Shown: one piece after another, positions 42,690 through 64,000 of the stretch | Layout of the letters: each line of letters starts with the position of its first letter | Numbering within the stretch: the stretch's first letter is position 1 | Assembly (NCBI GenBank): GCA_965261975.1 | Contig: CBDHEC010000057.1 | Coordinates: forward strand, 1-64,000 | Reading direction: 5' to 3' | Source: Alphaproteobacteria bacterium | GTDB taxonomy: Bacteria > Pseudomonadota > Alphaproteobacteria > UBA6615 | Length of the DNA stretch: 64,000 nucleotides | Made by a program: the position numbers and the translations under genes | The notes under the pieces: model-generated | Told to the model about the DNA's origin: nothing | Seen by the model: the letters and a program-made list of their open reading frames with translations, nothing else | The model's database searches: none

Positions 42690-43057
42690 CAAAGCACCTC
42701 CGGCGCCAGCGAGATGATCTTCATGTAACGCCGCGCACGAAGTTCACGCGTCACCGGTCCGAAAATGCGGGTCCCGATGGGCTCGCCTTGCGGGGTGATG
42801 AGTACAGCGGCGTTGCTGTCGAAACGGATCGTGCTGCCATCCGAGCGGCTGATATCCTTTTTCGTACGAACGATAACGGCACGATGGATTTCACCCTTTT
42901 TCACGCGGCCACGCGGAATGGCTTCCTTAACGGACACCACAATCACGTCACCCACGCCGGCGGTCATGCGCTTTGAGCCGCCCAGCACCTTGATGCACTG
43001 CACCCGGCGCGCGCCGCTGTTGTCAGCGACTTCCAGGTTGGTCTGCATCTGAATCAT
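42689..43057 (-). CDS. rplN: 50S ribosomal protein L14
   Basis: [22 protein letters not shown]. Confidence 0.98.
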   Translation of the reverse strand: MIQMQTNLEVADNSGARRVQCIKVLGGSKRMTAGVGDVIVVSVKEAIPRGRVKKGEIHRAVIVRTKKDISRSDGSTIRFDSNAAVLITPQGEPIGTRIFGPVTRELRARRYMKIISLAPEVL

Positions 43058-43094
43058 TGTCTTCTGCCCTCAATGGCAACCTTGGCGAAATGCC

Positions 43095-43334
43095 TTAGGC
43101 GCCAACCTTTTCAATCACTTCAAAATGCTTCGACTTGGAAATCGGACGGCATTCGCGAATACGAACCACGTCGCCAATCTCAAGGCTGTTTTCTGCGTCA
43201 TGCGCCGCAATCTTCTTCGATTGGGTCATGAACTTCTTATAGATCGGGTGGCGAACACGCCGGTCCACGCGAACCGTGACCGATTTGTCCATCTTATTGC
43301 TCACCACCGTGCCGGTAAGAACGCGTCGCGGCAT
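43095..43334 (-). CDS. rpsQ: 30S ribosomal protein S17
   Basis: KMDKS, HPIYKK, ECRPISK. Confidence 0.97.
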   Translation of the reverse strand: MPRRVLTGTVVSNKMDKSVTVRVDRRVRHPIYKKFMTQSKKIAAHDAENSLEIGDVVRIRECRPISKSKHFEVIEKVGA

Positions 43335-43345
43335 CCTGCTAACTC

Positions 43346-43540
43346 CTATTGCGCCAGACGGCGCTCGTTGAGCACTGTCTGCACGCGCGCGATATCCCGT
43401 CGCACGTCGCGCACCCGCGCCGTATTCTCAAGTTGTCCGCTCGCCTGCTGGAAACGCAGGTTGAACGCCTCTTTCTTCAAACCGCGCAGTTCGTCACGCA
43501 GTTCGTCTTCGGTTTTCGCCCGGATATCTGCCGCTTTCAT
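43346..43540 (-). CDS. rpmC: 50S ribosomal protein L29
   Basis: FNLRFQ, RRDIAR. Confidence 0.96.
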   Translation of the reverse strand: MKAADIRAKTEDELRDELRGLKKEAFNLRFQQASGQLENTARVRDVRRDIARVQTVLNERRLAQ

Positions 43541-43545
43541 GACAA

Positions 43546-43959
43546 TTACCCCGTCACGCGTGACACGACGCGTGTCTGCAACGGCAATTTCGCCGACGCG
43601 AGTTCAAAGGCTTCGCGTGCCACGTCATCCGGCACGCCATCGATCTCGAACATCACCCGACCCGGTTTCACCCGGACCATCCAGTATTCGGGTGTGCCCT
43701 TACCCTTACCCATACGCACTTCCGCCGGCTTCTGACTGACGGGCACGTCGGGGAAAACACGGATCCACACACGCCCGGCGCGCTTCATATGACGCGTCAT
43801 CGCGCGACGAGCTGCTTCGAGCTGGCGGGCCGTCACACGTCCCGGCGTGATCGCCTTCAACCCATATGAGCCAAAGTTCAACGAATTGCCGGACTGGGCG
43901 ACGCCATGCAGGCGGCCCTTGTGCTGTTTGCGGTACTTTGTTCGTTTTGGACTTAGCAT
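43546..43959 (-). CDS. rplP: 50S ribosomal protein L16
   Basis: [15 protein letters not shown]. Confidence 0.98.
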   Translation of the reverse strand: MLSPKRTKYRKQHKGRLHGVAQSGNSLNFGSYGLKAITPGRVTARQLEAARRAMTRHMKRAGRVWIRVFPDVPVSQKPAEVRMGKGKGTPEYWMVRVKPGRVMFEIDGVPDDVAREAFELASAKLPLQTRVVSRVTG

Positions 43960-43977
43960 CTCTAAACCTCCGGGCGG

Positions 43978-44670
43978 CTACCGAGCCGGCATTCCGCCCG
44001 ACTGCTGTTCCTCGATCCGACGATCTTGGGCCATCGGATCATGTTCCATGATGTCACCGCGATAGACCCAGACCTTCACGCCGCAAGCGCCGTAAGTGGT
44101 CTGCGCAGTCGCCGTGCCGTACTGCACATCTGCACGCAGGGTGTGCAGGGGCACACTGCCTTCGTGATACTGCTCGGTCCGAGCGATCTCGGCACCGCCG
44201 AGGCGACCGCCACACATCACACGCACGCCCAGCGCACCCAGGCGCATGGCGTTTTGCACAGCGCGCTTCATCGCCCGGCGAAAGCCGACACGACGCTCAA
44301 GCTGTTGCGCGATATTCTCGGCGACCAATGCCGCATCGATCTCGGGCTTGCGCACTTCGACGATATTGAGGCTGACCTCGGAACCGGTCATATGCGCGAT
44401 ATCGCTACGCAGCTTCTCGATGTCCGCACCCTTCTTGCCAATCACCACGCCCGGGCGAGCCGAATGAATGGTGATACGTGCCTTCTTGGCCGGCCGCTCA
44501 ATGATGATTCGGCTGACGCCGGCACGCGCGAGGCGCTTTTCGAGCACGCGACGCAGTTCCAGGTCCTCCATGAGGAGGCTGCCGTAAGCCTGCCCTTCGG
44601 CATACCACCTGGAATCCCAGGTCCGGTTGATGCCGAGACGAAGCCCGATCGGGTTGATTTTCTGACCCAT
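43978..44670 (-). CDS. rpsC: 30S ribosomal protein S3
   Basis: [26 protein letters not shown]. Confidence 0.98.
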   Translation of the reverse strand: MGQKINPIGLRLGINRTWDSRWYAEGQAYGSLLMEDLELRRVLEKRLARAGVSRIIIERPAKKARITIHSARPGVVIGKKGADIEKLRSDIAHMTGSEVSLNIVEVRKPEIDAALVAENIAQQLERRVGFRRAMKRAVQNAMRLGALGVRVMCGGRLGGAEIARTEQYHEGSVPLHTLRADVQYGTATAQTTYGACGVKVWVYRGDIMEHDPMAQDRRIEEQQSGGMPAR

Positions 44671-44672
44671 AC

Positions 44673-45050
44673 TTATGCCTCTCCCTGCTCGCGAACGACG
44701 AGCGTGATCTGGCTGAACGGTTTGTGAATTCGCGCAACACGTCCACGCGCACGTGCACGCCAACGTTTCATCACGAGCCCCTTGCCAACCGTAGCTTCGG
44801 CAACGACCAGGCGGTCGACGTCGAGCTGATGATTATTTTCCGCATTCGCGATCGCGCTTTCGAGGCCGGCCTTGACCGACTGCGCAATACGGCGACGTGA
44901 GAACTCGAGGTCCATAAGCGCGCGCTGGACAGGTTTGCCGCGAATTTGTGCGGCAACCAGGTTCAGCTTTTGCGGGCTGACACGCAGGTTCTTGATGACG
45001 GCGCGAGCCTCGGTATCGGCCAGGCTGCGCGGTGTGGCTTTCTTGCCCAT
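44673..45050 (-). CDS. rplV: 50S ribosomal protein L22
   Basis: [19 protein letters not shown]. Confidence 0.97.
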   Translation of the reverse strand: MGKKATPRSLADTEARAVIKNLRVSPQKLNLVAAQIRGKPVQRALMDLEFSRRRIAQSVKAGLESAIANAENNHQLDVDRLVVAEATVGKGLVMKRWRARARGRVARIHKPFSQITLVVREQGEA

Positions 45051-45052
45051 GA

Positions 45053-45331
45053 TTATCCCCGCCTCGACTTACGGTCGGCCGTATGCCCGAAGTAGGACCG
45101 GGTCGGCGAGAACTCGCCGAACTTCTGTCCCACCATGTTCTCGGTCACGAGAACCGGGATAAATTTCTGACCGTTATAGACACCGAACGTCAGACCGACG
45201 AACTGGGGCAGGATCGTGGAACGACGCGACCAGGTCTTGATCACATCGTTACGGCCTGACGCCCGCGCCGCCTCTGCCTTCTTAAGCAGATAGCTGTCGA
45301 CAAACGGACCTTTCCATACAGAACGCGCCAC
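45053..45331 (-). CDS. rpsS: 30S ribosomal protein S19
   Basis: [20 protein letters not shown]. Confidence 0.98.
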   Translation of the reverse strand: MARSVWKGPFVDSYLLKKAEAARASGRNDVIKTWSRRSTILPQFVGLTFGVYNGQKFIPVLVTENMVGQKFGEFSPTRSYFGHTADRKSRRG

Positions 45332-45343
45332 TGCCGTTCTCCT

Positions 45344-46168
45344 CTACTTCGCGCGCCGACGCAGGATCAACGAGTCGGTCTTCTTGTTAGACCGCGTACG
45401 CTTGCCCTTGGTCGGCTTGCCCCATGGCGTTACGGGATGACGGCCGCCGGACGTCCGGCCTTCGCCACCACCATGAGGATGATCGATCGGGTTCATGGCC
45501 ACGCCGCGAACGGACGGGCGCTTACCCAGCCAGCGTTTGCGGCCGGCTTTACCCAGCTTGATGTTGGACTGGTCCGGGTTCGACACCGCACCAATCGTTG
45601 CCATGCACTCCTGGCGGACCATGCGAACCTCGCCGGATGCGAGTTTCAGCAAACCGTAACCGCGATCACGGCCAACCAGCTGAACATAGGTTCCCGCCGC
45701 ACGTGCCATCTTGCCGCCGGCGCCAGCCTTGAGCTCAACATTGTGAATGATGGTGCCAATCGGAATGGAGCGCAGAGGCATTGCATTGCCCGGCTTCACA
45801 TCGGCGCGCTGTGCCGCAATGACCGTGTCACCCACGTTCAAACGCTGAGGCGCCAGGATGTAGCTCTTCTCGCCATCTTCGTAGGCGATCAGCGCGATGA
45901 ATGCCGTGCGATTGGGGTCATACTCGATCCGCTCCACGGTCGCCGGCACATCATATTTGCGGCGCTTGAAATCGACATGTCGATACAGACGCTTATGCCC
46001 GCCGCCACGACGACGCGCGGTAATCCGACCGGTGTTGTTGCGGCCACCCTTCTTGCTCAGCCCTTCGGTAAGTGACTTTTCAGGGCCACCCTTCCAAAGC
46101 TCCGAACGATCAACGAGAACGAGTCCACGTTGTCCGGGAGTGATCGATTTGAACTGCTTTAGTGCCAT
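45344..46168 (-). CDS. rplB: 50S ribosomal protein L2
   Basis: [21 protein letters not shown]. Confidence 0.98.
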   Translation of the reverse strand: MALKQFKSITPGQRGLVLVDRSELWKGGPEKSLTEGLSKKGGRNNTGRITARRRGGGHKRLYRHVDFKRRKYDVPATVERIEYDPNRTAFIALIAYEDGEKSYILAPQRLNVGDTVIAAQRADVKPGNAMPLRSIPIGTIIHNVELKAGAGGKMARAAGTYVQLVGRDRGYGLLKLASGEVRMVRQECMATIGAVSNPDQSNIKLGKAGRKRWLGKRPSVRGVAMNPIDHPHGGGEGRTSGGRHPVTPWGKPTKGKRTRSNKKTDSLILRRRAK

Positions 46169-46178
46169 TTCGAAACCT

Positions 46179-46508
46179 CTAGACGCCGGCCGTGATATCG
46201 ATGGACTCGCCATCAGCAAGGCTCACGACCGCCTTCTTCACATCATTTCGTCGACCCGGCTGACCGCGCCAGCGTTTGGTCTTGCCCTTCTGCAGGATCG
46301 TGTTCACCGCCGTTACCTTGACGTTGAACAAACCTTCGACCGCAGCCCGAATCTCGGGCTTGGTCGCGTCCACAGGCACCCGGAACATCACCTGGTTATG
46401 CTCCGACACGAGGGTCGCTTTCTCGGTAATGATCGGCGAACGAACAAGTTCATACATCCGCTCATTCGAAACCTGGATCCGGCCGCGTGGCTTACGGTTC
46501 GAGCTCAT
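46179..46508 (-). CDS. rplW: 50S ribosomal protein L23
   Basis: [17 protein letters not shown]; ATGA overlap with rplD. Confidence 0.95.
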   Translation of the reverse strand: MSSNRKPRGRIQVSNERMYELVRSPIITEKATLVSEHNQVMFRVPVDATKPEIRAAVEGLFNVKVTAVNTILQKGKTKRWRGQPGRRNDVKKAVVSLADGESIDITAGV

Positions 46509-47125
46509 CGCAGGCGCTCCTGAAGCTGTTCGACAGCCTGGCGCGTCAGCACGAGCGTGTCGCGGCGAAGAATGTCGTAAACATTCGCACCGTGTTGAGG
46601 CAGCAGGTCGACGCCATGAATATTGCGCGCGGCCAGCTGGAAATTTCGATCGAGCTCGGCACCATCCACAATCAGTGCGGACGAAAGGCCAAGCGCCTTG
46701 AGCTGCGCGGCAATCGCCTTGGTCTTCGGCTCGGCGGCAATCGCTGCATCGAGGACGACCAGCTTGCCATCCGCATATTTGGACGACAGCGCGACTTTCA
46801 ATGCGAGCTTGCGAACCTTCTTGGGCAAGTCCATCGAATGGTCTCGCGGCTGCGGGCCGAACGTGGTCTGACCACCGCGCCAATGCCCGGCCTTGCGGTC
46901 ACCCGCACGTGCGCGGCCCGTGCCCTTCTGACGCCACGGCCGTGCCGTACTGCCATTGATCTCGCCGCGGGTCTTGGTCTTGTGCGTACCCTGACGGCGC
47001 TTGGCGAGCTGATAATTAACGGCACGCGCCAGCAAATCCTTGCGGACCGGCGCGCCAAAGATACCGTCGTCGAGATCGATCTCTCCGGCATCCTTGTTTT
47101 CAAGATTGACGACCTTGAGTTTCAT
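46505..47125 (-). CDS. rplD: 50S ribosomal protein L4
   Basis: [14 protein letters not shown]. Confidence 0.97.
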   Translation of the reverse strand: MKLKVVNLENKDAGEIDLDDGIFGAPVRKDLLARAVNYQLAKRRQGTHKTKTRGEINGSTARPWRQKGTGRARAGDRKAGHWRGGQTTFGPQPRDHSMDLPKKVRKLALKVALSSKYADGKLVVLDAAIAAEPKTKAIAAQLKALGLSSALIVDGAELDRNFQLAARNIHGVDLLPQHGANVYDILRRDTLVLTRQAVEQLQERLR

Positions 47126-47130
47126 GCGGG

Positions 47131-47955
47131 TCAGTCCTTCGAGTCCGGAGTGTCCGAAGCGGCTTCGTCGGCGCTATCGGCGTTGTCTTCAGCAGGCGTC
47201 TCCGCCGGTGCCGCGTCTTCGACGACATCCTCGACAGCCTCTTCTGCCGGTGCTGCATCTTCTGCGGCATCCTCGGCCGGTGCGTCGGCTGCAACCGTCG
47301 GATACGGCGCGTCGTCTGGAAGCGTCTTCTTGATTGCGTCGCGCACCAGGACATAGCCACCCTTGGAACCCGGCACTGCACCCTCTACGAGGATCAGGCC
47401 TTCTTCCGTGTCGGTGTTCACGATGCGGAGGTTCTGGGTTGTCACCCGGGTCGCGCCCATGTGTCCGGCCATCTTCTTACCCTTGAAGACCTTACCCGGA
47501 TCCTGACACTGCCCCGTGGAGCCGTGACTGCGATGCGAGATCGAAACACCGTGCGTGGCGCGAAGGCCGCCGAAATTATGGCGCTTAATCGCACCGGCAA
47601 AACCCTTACCAATGGAGGTGCCGGTAACATCGACAAACTGACCCGAGACGAAATGGTCCACGCTGATCCGGGAGCCGATGTCCAACAGCGCATCGTCGGA
47701 GACCCGGAATTCCGAGACCCTGCGCCGCGGCTCGACCTTCGCCTTGGCGAAATGGCCTCGCATGGCCTTGCCGACGCGCTTGGGTTTCGCGTTGCCGGTA
47801 CCGACCTGAAGGGCCGTGTATCCGTCGCGTTCCATGGTGCGTTGATCAACGACGTCGCAGCCGTCGACCTTCAAAACCGTGACCGGGACATGATTGCCGC
47901 CGTCGTCGAAGACGCGGGTCATACCCAGTTTCTGTGCAATGATGCCGGTACGCAT
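47131..47955 (-). CDS. rplC: 50S ribosomal protein L3 with acidic C-terminal tail
   Basis: [20 protein letters not shown]. Confidence 0.97.
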   Translation of the reverse strand: MRTGIIAQKLGMTRVFDDGGNHVPVTVLKVDGCDVVDQRTMERDGYTALQVGTGNAKPKRVGKAMRGHFAKAKVEPRRRVSEFRVSDDALLDIGSRISVDHFVSGQFVDVTGTSIGKGFAGAIKRHNFGGLRATHGVSISHRSHGSTGQCQDPGKVFKGKKMAGHMGATRVTTQNLRIVNTDTEEGLILVEGAVPGSKGGYVLVRDAIKKTLPDDAPYPTVAADAPAEDAAEDAAPAEEAVEDVVEDAAPAETPAEDNADSADEAASDTPDSKD

Positions 47956-47964
47956 CTCGGCCCC

Positions 47965-48273
47965 TTAAAGCTTGATTTCCACGTCGACACCCGCCGCCAG
48001 GTCGAGCTTCATAAGCGCGTCAACCGTCTGTGGCGTCGGATCGATAATGTCGAGCAGACGTTTGTGGGTACGAATCTCGAACTGCTCGCGCGCCTTCTTA
48101 TTGACGTGCGGCGACCGAAGAACCGTAAATTTCTCAATTCGTGTCGGCAAAGGGATGGGACCCCGAACCTCTGCACCGGTCCGCTTGGCCGTACCAACGA
48201 TCTCGCTCGCCGACTGGTCGAGCACGCGATGATCAAAGGCCTTAAGCCGGATCCGTATATGTTGACTGTCCAT
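47965..48273 (-). CDS. rpsJ: 30S ribosomal protein S10
   Basis: [22 protein letters not shown]. Confidence 0.98.
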   Translation of the reverse strand: MDSQHIRIRLKAFDHRVLDQSASEIVGTAKRTGAEVRGPIPLPTRIEKFTVLRSPHVNKKAREQFEIRTHKRLLDIIDPTPQTVDALMKLDLAAGVDVEIKL

Positions 48274-48286
48274 TTCGGTGTCCCGT

Positions 48287-48322
48287 TAAAACGATCGGCG
48301 ATTTCCGAAGAAACCGCCGATC
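48287..48322 (-). terminator. Terminator-like hairpin between tuf and rpsJ
   Basis: GATCGGCGGTTTC-TTCG-GAAATCGCCGATC followed by GTTTT. Confidence 0.65.
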
Positions 48323-48332
48323 CGTTGTATGC

Positions 48333-49523
<1,191 letters not shown>

Positions 49524-49587
49524 CACTCAGTCTCCGTCTGATACCGGCGCCCTAAATCTGCGGCGGCAAATAATTCATACTTCGGCG

Positions 49588-51669
49588 TTAGGCCATCTTC
49601 GAGACGACTTCGTCCGCAACTGCCTGCGGAACCTGCTCGTAGTGGTTGAACACCATGGTGAAGGTCGCGCGGCCCTGACTCATGGACCGCAGCGTGTTGA
49701 CATAACCGAACATGTTGGCGAGCGGGACCATGGCGCTTACGACACGTGCGTTGCCGCGCGAGTCCATCGAACCAACCTGGCCGCGCCGGCTGTTCAAATC
49801 GCCAATGATGTCGCCCATATATTCTTCCGGGGTGACAACCTCGACGCTCATGACCGGCTCAAGCAAACGCGTCGAACCCTTTTCGAGGGCCTCACGGAAC
49901 GCCGCCCGTGCCGCGATCTCGAACGCCATGACCGACGAGTCAACATCATGCGATGCGCCGTCGACCAGCTTGGCGCTGAAATCGATGACCGGGAAACCGG
50001 CAATATTGCCCGCCTCAAGCGCCGTCTTCAGACCCTTCTCGACACCGGGGATGAATTCCCGCGGCACCGCGCCACCGAAAATCGCGCTCTCGAACTCGAA
50101 GCCCGATCCGGCCTCAAGCGGCTCGAAATCGATCTTCACGCGCGCAAACTGGCCCGAACCGCCGGTCTGCTTCTTATGGGTGTAATCGATCGTGACCGGC
50201 TTGGTGATCTTCTCACGATAGGCCACCTGCGGCGCGCCGACATTGGCCTCGACCTTGAATTCGCGCTTCATGCGATCGACGAGAATCTCGAGATGCAGTT
50301 CGCCCATACCCTTGAGGATGGTCTGACCACTCTCTTCGTCACTCGACACACGGAAGGAAGGATCTTCCTGGGCCAGACGCTGAAGCGCCGTCGCCATTTT
50401 TTCCTGATCCGCTTTCGTCTTCGGCTCAACCGCGATCTCGATAACCGGATCGGGGAACTCCATACGCTCGAGGATGACCGGATCGGCGGAATCACAAAGC
50501 GTGTCACCGGTCGTGGTGTTCTTCATGCCCGCAAGCGCGACAATGTCACCGGCACGGGCAACTTTGAGATCTTCGCGATCATTGGCGTGCATCAGCAACA
50601 TGCGGCCGACACGCTCGCGATTATCCTTAACTGTGTTCAGCACCGACGAACCCGCCTCGACACTGCCCGAATAAATACGCGCAAATGTAAGGGATCCGAC
50701 GAACGGATCGGTCATGATCTTGAATGCCAGCGCGGAGAACGGCGCATCATCCGACGGCTCTCGCACGAGCGAATCTTCGGTACCCGGGACAACACCCGAG
50801 ATCGCCGGCACATCGAGTGGCGACGGCAGATAATCAACCACCGCGTCGAGCAACGGCTGCACGCCCTTGTTCTTGAAGGCCGAACCGCAAAGAACCGGCA
50901 CCGCGGACAAGGTGAGCGTGGCCTTGCGAATGCAGGCCTTGAGGGTCTCCTCGTCAGGCTCCGTGCCCTCGAGATAAGCCTCCATCGCATCGTCGTCATG
51001 CTCGACGGCGGACTCGACCAGCTTCTCGCGCCACTCGGCGGCCGCATCAGCCATCTCGGCGGGAATATCGACATACTCGAACTCGGCGCCGAGATTCTCG
51101 TCCTTCCAGACGATACCCTGCATCTTCACCAGGTCGACCACACCGCGAAGCTCAGCCTCCGAGCCGATCGGCAGCTGCAGAACGATCGGATTGGCGCCGA
51201 GGCGATCAACGATCATATCCACGCAGTTATCGAAATTGGCACCGATCCGGTCCATCTTGTTGATGAAGCAGATGCGCGGAACTTCGTACTTGTCGGCCTG
51301 ACGCCAGACCGTCTCGGACTGCGGCTCAACGCCGGCGACACTGTCAAACACGGCAACCGCGCCATCGAGGACGCGCAAGGCGCGCTCGACTTCGATCGTG
51401 AAGTCCACATGGCCCGGCGTATCAATGATGTTGATGCGGTGGTCGTTCCAGAAAGCGGTCGTCGCAGCGGACGTAATGGTAATGCCGCGCTCCTGCTCCT
51501 GCTCCATCCAATCCATCGTCGCGGCGCCGTCATGGACCTCGCCGATCTTGTACGAACGCCCCGTGTAATAGAGGACACGCTCGGTTGTGGTCGTCTTGCC
51601 GGCGTCGATATGCGCCATGATACCGATATTCCGGTAGCGCTCGATCGGGGTTTCACGATTGGAGGACAT
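49588..51669 (-). CDS. fusA: Elongation factor G
   Basis: [23 protein letters not shown]. Confidence 0.99.
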   Translation of the reverse strand: MSSNRETPIERYRNIGIMAHIDAGKTTTTERVLYYTGRSYKIGEVHDGAATMDWMEQEQERGITITSAATTAFWNDHRINIIDTPGHVDFTIEVERALRVLDGAVAVFDSVAGVEPQSETVWRQADKYEVPRICFINKMDRIGANFDNCVDMIVDRLGANPIVLQLPIGSEAELRGVVDLVKMQGIVWKDENLGAEFEYVDIPAEMADAAAEWREKLVESAVEHDDDAMEAYLEGTEPDEETLKACIRKATLTLSAVPVLCGSAFKNKGVQPLLDAVVDYLPSPLDVPAISGVVPGTEDSLVREPSDDAPFSALAFKIMTDPFVGSLTFARIYSGSVEAGSSVLNTVKDNRERVGRMLLMHANDREDLKVARAGDIVALAGMKNTTTGDTLCDSADPVILERMEFPDPVIEIAVEPKTKADQEKMATALQRLAQEDPSFRVSSDEESGQTILKGMGELHLEILVDRMKREFKVEANVGAPQVAYREKITKPVTIDYTHKKQTGGSGQFARVKIDFEPLEAGSGFEFESAIFGGAVPREFIPGVEKGLKTALEAGNIAGFPVIDFSAKLVDGASHDVDSSVMAFEIAARAAFREALEKGSTRLLEPVMSVEVVTPEEYMGDIIGDLNSRRGQVGSMDSRGNARVVSAMVPLANMFGYVNTLRSMSQGRATFTMVFNHYEQVPQAVADEVVSKMA

Positions 51670-51704
51670 ATCTGGATTCTCTCGTTCGGTAATTCGCTAG
51701 ACGG

Positions 51705-52175
51705 CTACCAGCGGTAATGGGAGAAGGCCTTGTTGGCCTCTGCCATCCGATGGGTGTCTTCGCGCTTTTTCACCGCGTTTCCACGATTTTCGGCCGCGTC
51801 TTGCAACTCGCGCGACAAGCGCTCTTCCATGGTGTTTTCCGGCCGCCCGCGTGCCGCCTGGATCAGCCAGCGAAAGGCCAGCGCCTGGGCGCGTTCGGAA
51901 CGAACCTCAACCGGCACCTGATAGGTGGCACCGCCAACACGCCGCGAGCGAACTTCGAGCTGCGGCTTGATGTTTTCGAGCGCCTCGTGGAACGTGCGGA
52001 CAGGATCGCTGCCGCGCTTGGAGGCGATATCGTCGAGGGCGGCGTATACAATGCGCTCGGCGATCGACTTCTTGCCATCCAGCATGACGCTGTTGGTGAA
52101 TTTGCTGACAACCAGATCACCGAATTTGGGATCGGGAAGGATTTCTCGTTTTTCTGCGCGGCGACGGCGGGACAT
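51705..52175 (-). CDS. rpsG: 30S ribosomal protein S7
   Basis: [19 protein letters not shown]. Confidence 0.98.
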   Translation of the reverse strand: MSRRRRAEKREILPDPKFGDLVVSKFTNSVMLDGKKSIAERIVYAALDDIASKRGSDPVRTFHEALENIKPQLEVRSRRVGGATYQVPVEVRSERAQALAFRWLIQAARGRPENTMEERLSRELQDAAENRGNAVKKREDTHRMAEANKAFSHYRW

Positions 52176-52190
52176 ATATCTGGACCTTGC

Positions 52191-52562
52191 TTACTTGGGC
52201 CGCTTGGCGCCGTACTTCGAACGACGCTGACGGCGGTCAGAAACACCCTGGGTATCCAGAGTGCCGCGGATGATGTGATAGCGAACACCGGGAAGATCCT
52301 TGACGCGACCGCCACGGATCATAACGACCGAATGCTCCTGAAGATTATGGCCCTCACCGGGAATGTAGCTCGTCACTTCGAACCCGTTGGTCAAGCGCAC
52401 GCGCGCGACCTTTCGCAGGGCCGAGTTCGGCTTCTTCGGTGTGGTTGTATAGACTCGCGTGCAGACGCCACGCTTCTGCGGGCAAGCCTCCAGGGCGGGA
52501 ACTTTGTTCCGCTTGATCGGTGCCTTGCGTGGCTTGCGGATCAACTGATTGATCGTCGGCAT
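52191..52562 (-). CDS. rpsL: 30S ribosomal protein S12
   Basis: [18 protein letters not shown]. Confidence 0.99.
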   Translation of the reverse strand: MPTINQLIRKPRKAPIKRNKVPALEACPQKRGVCTRVYTTTPKKPNSALRKVARVRLTNGFEVTSYIPGEGHNLQEHSVVMIRGGRVKDLPGVRYHIIRGTLDTQGVSDRRQRRSKYGAKRPK

Positions 52563-52750
52563 GTGGCTTCCTTGGTTCTTCCCGTTACGTTTTCGTCAAC
52601 CGTCTGCACAAAGCAAACTCGGGACAGAAAACGTTTCTGTCCCTGCGAGCAATTTTCGCTAGCTCGTAAGCGTTCGCGCATATGGTTCGTGTTGCCAGGG
52701 GCAGTGTTTAGACTGCGCAGGTCTACGACCGGCCCCGATCAGGCGCGCGG

Positions 52751-52779
52751 ATACTACTTACGAGCCCTATGGGCGTCAA
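52751..52779 (-). promoter_or_regulatory. Sigma70 promoter of the str operon
   Basis: TTGACG-17 nt-TAGTAT. Confidence 0.7.
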
Positions 52780-52900
52780 CACCGAAAAACCATAAAAATC
52801 GGGCAGTTGCGGGCGATCTCTGCGTTCGCCCACAGCGCAATTATTGGACAGCAACCATGCCCTTTTTCGCAATATTATTACCGAAAAAGGCGCGTCCTCT

Positions 52901-52939
52901 AACGAAACGCGCCGCCCCGAAATAATCCGGGGCGGCGCG
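52901..52939 (-). terminator. Intrinsic terminator after rpoC
   Basis: 12-bp stem CGCGCCGCCCCG/CGGGGCGGCGCG followed by TTTCGTT. Confidence 0.8.
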
Positions 52940-52965
52940 CCAGTTTCAGACTGTCAGAGGCGGCA

Positions 52966-61547
<8,582 letters not shown>

Positions 61548-61745
61548 TAACTGCCTCTCTTCGTTGTCGTGAACATATGCACACGACCAATCGGGCCATT
61601 CCAATTCGACTGACGGACCTGGGCTTACGCCCTTCCGGCATCGTCGCATCGTCGCCGACCGCAAACCCGTGCGGCCTTCGGCGATCCGAGGATGCCGGCG
61701 ACGACGAGGATTGCCCCCGACGTCGCCGAATCCATTGCTGGCGAG

Positions 61746-62123
61746 CTACTTGAGCTCGACGGTCGCGCCCGCTTCTTCCAGCTTGCCCTTCAGCTCATCG
61801 GCCTCTTCCTTGGTCACGCCTTCCTTAACCGGCTTCGGCGCACCCTCGACGAGGTCCTTGGCTTCTTTCAGGCCCAGACCAGTAATCGTCCGGACCTCTT
61901 TGATCACATTGATCTTCTTGTCGCCTGCCGCTGCGAGGATGACGTCAAACTCCGTCTGCTCCTCGCCGGCACCGCCAGCGTCGCCGGCCGGCGCACCCGC
62001 AGCCACCGCAACCGGTGCGGCGGCGCTGACGCCCCATTTTTCCTCGAGCATCTTCGACAATTCGGCGGCCTCGAGAACGGTGAGAGCGCTGAGATCCTCT
62101 GCGATTTTTTCAATATCTGCCAT
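61746..62123 (-). CDS. rplL: 50S ribosomal protein L7/L12
   Basis: [18 protein letters not shown]. Confidence 0.98.
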   Translation of the reverse strand: MADIEKIAEDLSALTVLEAAELSKMLEEKWGVSAAAPVAVAAGAPAGDAGGAGEEQTEFDVILAAAGDKKINVIKEVRTITGLGLKEAKDLVEGAPKPVKEGVTKEEADELKGKLEEAGATVELK

Positions 62124-62178
62124 TTTAATTTACTCCTGAGACTTTGAGAGACTTTTGTTTTCGAAATTTCAGACCGGC

Positions 62179-62697
62179 CTATGCAGCCTCGTCCTGACTT
62201 GCGTATGCACCCATGACACGTGCCATTTGTCCGGCGGGTGCCTGAAGCACACCGGCGACCTTGGTCGCAGGCGCGTTCAACAAGCCCACCAGCTTGCCGC
62301 GCAGCTCGTCGAGCGAAGGAAGCGACGCCAATGCCTTAACGGCATTCTCATCGAGCAGGGTGTCGCCCATGGCGCCCCCGACAACGGTGAGTTTGTCATT
62401 TTCCTTCGCGAAGTTGACTGCCACACGTGCCGCCGCCACTGGGTCGGCGGAATACGCAATCGCGGTCGGCCCGGAGAACAGATCGGTGATCGGTTCATAG
62501 GGCGTTCCCGCCAGGGCGAGTTTTGCGAGCCTGTTCTTCGTCACTTTGTAGCCGGCACCTGCCTCACGCATCTGGGACCGGAGTTCTGAACTCTCCGATA
62601 CCGTAAGCCCGGTCTGTTGCGTCACCACGACGAGCGCGGCCTCCGCAAAAGACTGGTTGAGTTCGGTGACCAGCTCTTCTTTTCTAGCTCGGTCCAC
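62179..62697 (-). CDS. rplJ: 50S ribosomal protein L10
   Basis: KNRLAK, GPTAIA, LPSLDE; GTG start. Confidence 0.97.
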   Translation of the reverse strand: MDRARKEELVTELNQSFAEAALVVVTQQTGLTVSESSELRSQMREAGAGYKVTKNRLAKLALAGTPYEPITDLFSGPTAIAYSADPVAAARVAVNFAKENDKLTVVGGAMGDTLLDENAVKALASLPSLDELRGKLVGLLNAPATKVAGVLQAPAGQMARVMGAYASQDEAA

Positions 62698-62793
62698 TTA
62701 CCGTCTCCGCAAACTTGGCGCGAGCCGAACGGATCGACTTACCGCACCGTTGCAATTTGGCCTCGGCCCACAACGAACCGAAACCGCTCCTAA

Positions 62794-62916
62794 CCTGTCC
62801 CAGGAGCGATACGAACGGCCACTTGCCCGTTCGCCTTCTCCCGTCTATGCCGGCCGCTGTTTCCAGCACTTAGGTCCGCCGGGTGAAACCCTTTGGACGC
62901 CTGCAGTCTCGGACAG
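62794..62916 (-). promoter_or_regulatory. Probable L10 leader (rplJL autoregulatory RNA)
   Basis: CTGTCC-GAGACTGCAGG...TAA...CCGGCATAGA...GGACAG in the rplA-rplJ gap resembles the L10 leader, with a closing helix CTGTCC/GGACAG. Confidence 0.7.
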
Positions 62917-62962
62917 TATTCCCGCCCCGGATGACACCGGCCGCGGAAACTCCACTGACGAC

Positions 62963-63679
62963 CTATTCGGCCGCTTCCTGCGACGAACTACCAATGTCCG
63001 CCACGTCGAAACGCACACCCGGCCCCATGGTCGAGGTAAGCGCCACTTTGTTCACATATGAGCCTTTCACGCCGCTCGGCTTGGCCCGCAAGATGGCATC
63101 CAGGAAAGCATCGAGATTCTGACGAATCTGCTCCTCGCTGAAGCTCGCCTTACCGATGCCGGCATGCACGATCCCGGTCTTCTCGACCCGGAACTGCACC
63201 TCGCCCGACTTCGCATTCGAGACCGCTTCGGTCACGTCATTTGTCACCGAGCCCAGCTTCGGGTTCGGCATCAAGCCGCGCGGCCCGAGCACCTTTCCGA
63301 GCCGACCGACGACGGGCATCATGTCCGGCGTTGCGATCACGCGATCGAACTCGATCTCGCCATTCTGAACCTTCTCCGCCAGATCATCGGCACCGACCAC
63401 GTCGGCACCGGCGGCGAGGGCCTCTTCGGCCTTCTCATCCTTGGCGAACACGGCAATCCGCACCTCTTTACCCGTGCCGTTCGGCAGCGCAACAACACCG
63501 CGCACATTCTGGTCGGCATGGCGTGGGTCGACGTTCAGGTTCAGCGAAATCTCGATCGTCTCGTCGAATTTCGCGGTGGCATTCTCTTTCACCAACCGCA
63601 CCGCCTCGCCGATCGCCACCTTGTTGTCGGGATCGACCTTCTCACGCGCCGCGCGGATACGCTTTCCAGGTTTAGCCAT
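62963..63679 (-). CDS. rplA: 50S ribosomal protein L1
   Basis: [23 protein letters not shown]. Confidence 0.98.
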   Translation of the reverse strand: MAKPGKRIRAAREKVDPDNKVAIGEAVRLVKENATAKFDETIEISLNLNVDPRHADQNVRGVVALPNGTGKEVRIAVFAKDEKAEEALAAGADVVGADDLAEKVQNGEIEFDRVIATPDMMPVVGRLGKVLGPRGLMPNPKLGSVTNDVTEAVSNAKSGEVQFRVEKTGIVHAGIGKASFSEEQIRQNLDAFLDAILRAKPSGVKGSYVNKVALTSTMGPGVRFDVADIGSSSQEAAE

Positions 63680-63681
63680 CG

Positions 63682-64000
63682 TTACCCTACCACTTCCAGG
63701 CCCATCGACCGGGCCGTGCCTTTGATCATCTCCGCCGCGGCATCGATATCATTGGCGTTCAAATCAACCATCTTCGCTTCCGCGATCTCTCGGCACTGTG
63801 CATCCGTGACGCGGCCGACGAGGTCACGCCCCGTGGTGCCGCTGCCCTTCTGAACCCGCGCAGCCTTCTTGAGGAAGTAGCTGGCCGGCGGCGTCTTGGT
63901 CACAAAAGTGAACGACTTGTCCTGGTACACGGTAATGATGACCGGGGTGGGTACACCCTGATCGCCGTTCTGCGTCGCCGCGTTGAACGCCTTGCAGAAC
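63682..64000 (-). CDS. rplK: 50S ribosomal protein L11 (5'-partial)
   Basis: FCKAFNA, KTPPAS, GTARSMG; runs off the window end. Confidence 0.97.
   Translation of the reverse strand, partial: FCKAFNAATQNGDQGVPTPVIITVYQDKSFTFVTKTPPASYFLKKAARVQKGSGTTGRDLVGRVTDAQCREIAEAKMVDLNANDIDAAAEMIKGTARSMGLEVVG

Overview
High-GC alphaproteobacterial chromosome segment (gene order and sequences are Rhodospirillales-like), almost entirely core genome. 1-34.2 kb holds prfB (partial, programmed +1 frameshift), mrcA, amiC, rne, a PLP aminotransferase, a GGT-like lipoprotein, a BepA-like M48 protease, a DsbA-family protein, maiA, an S9 peptidase, mgtE, maeB, lipB, acyP, pccA, a broken adenylate cyclase, a methyltransferase, pccB, ATP12, an AsmA-family protein, an RluA-family synthase, crcB, rarA and a Do-family protease. 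34.3-64 kb is the minus-strand rplK-rplA-rplJL-rpoBC-rpsLG-fusA-tuf-S10-spc-secY-adk-alpha cluster. I saw no mobile element, CRISPR array, tRNA or rRNA. No clearly new multi-gene system is evident. The best leads are: tuf avoids C-ending codons over much of its length, unlike its neighbours; the GGT-like lipoprotein lacks its catalytic Thr and shares a tight divergent promoter region with bepA-dsbA; rne has a folded ~300-nt leader; the AsmA protein has five 72-aa repeats; and a damaged cyclase plus a methyltransferase sit between pccB and pccA. All motif calls are by eye; no searches were run.
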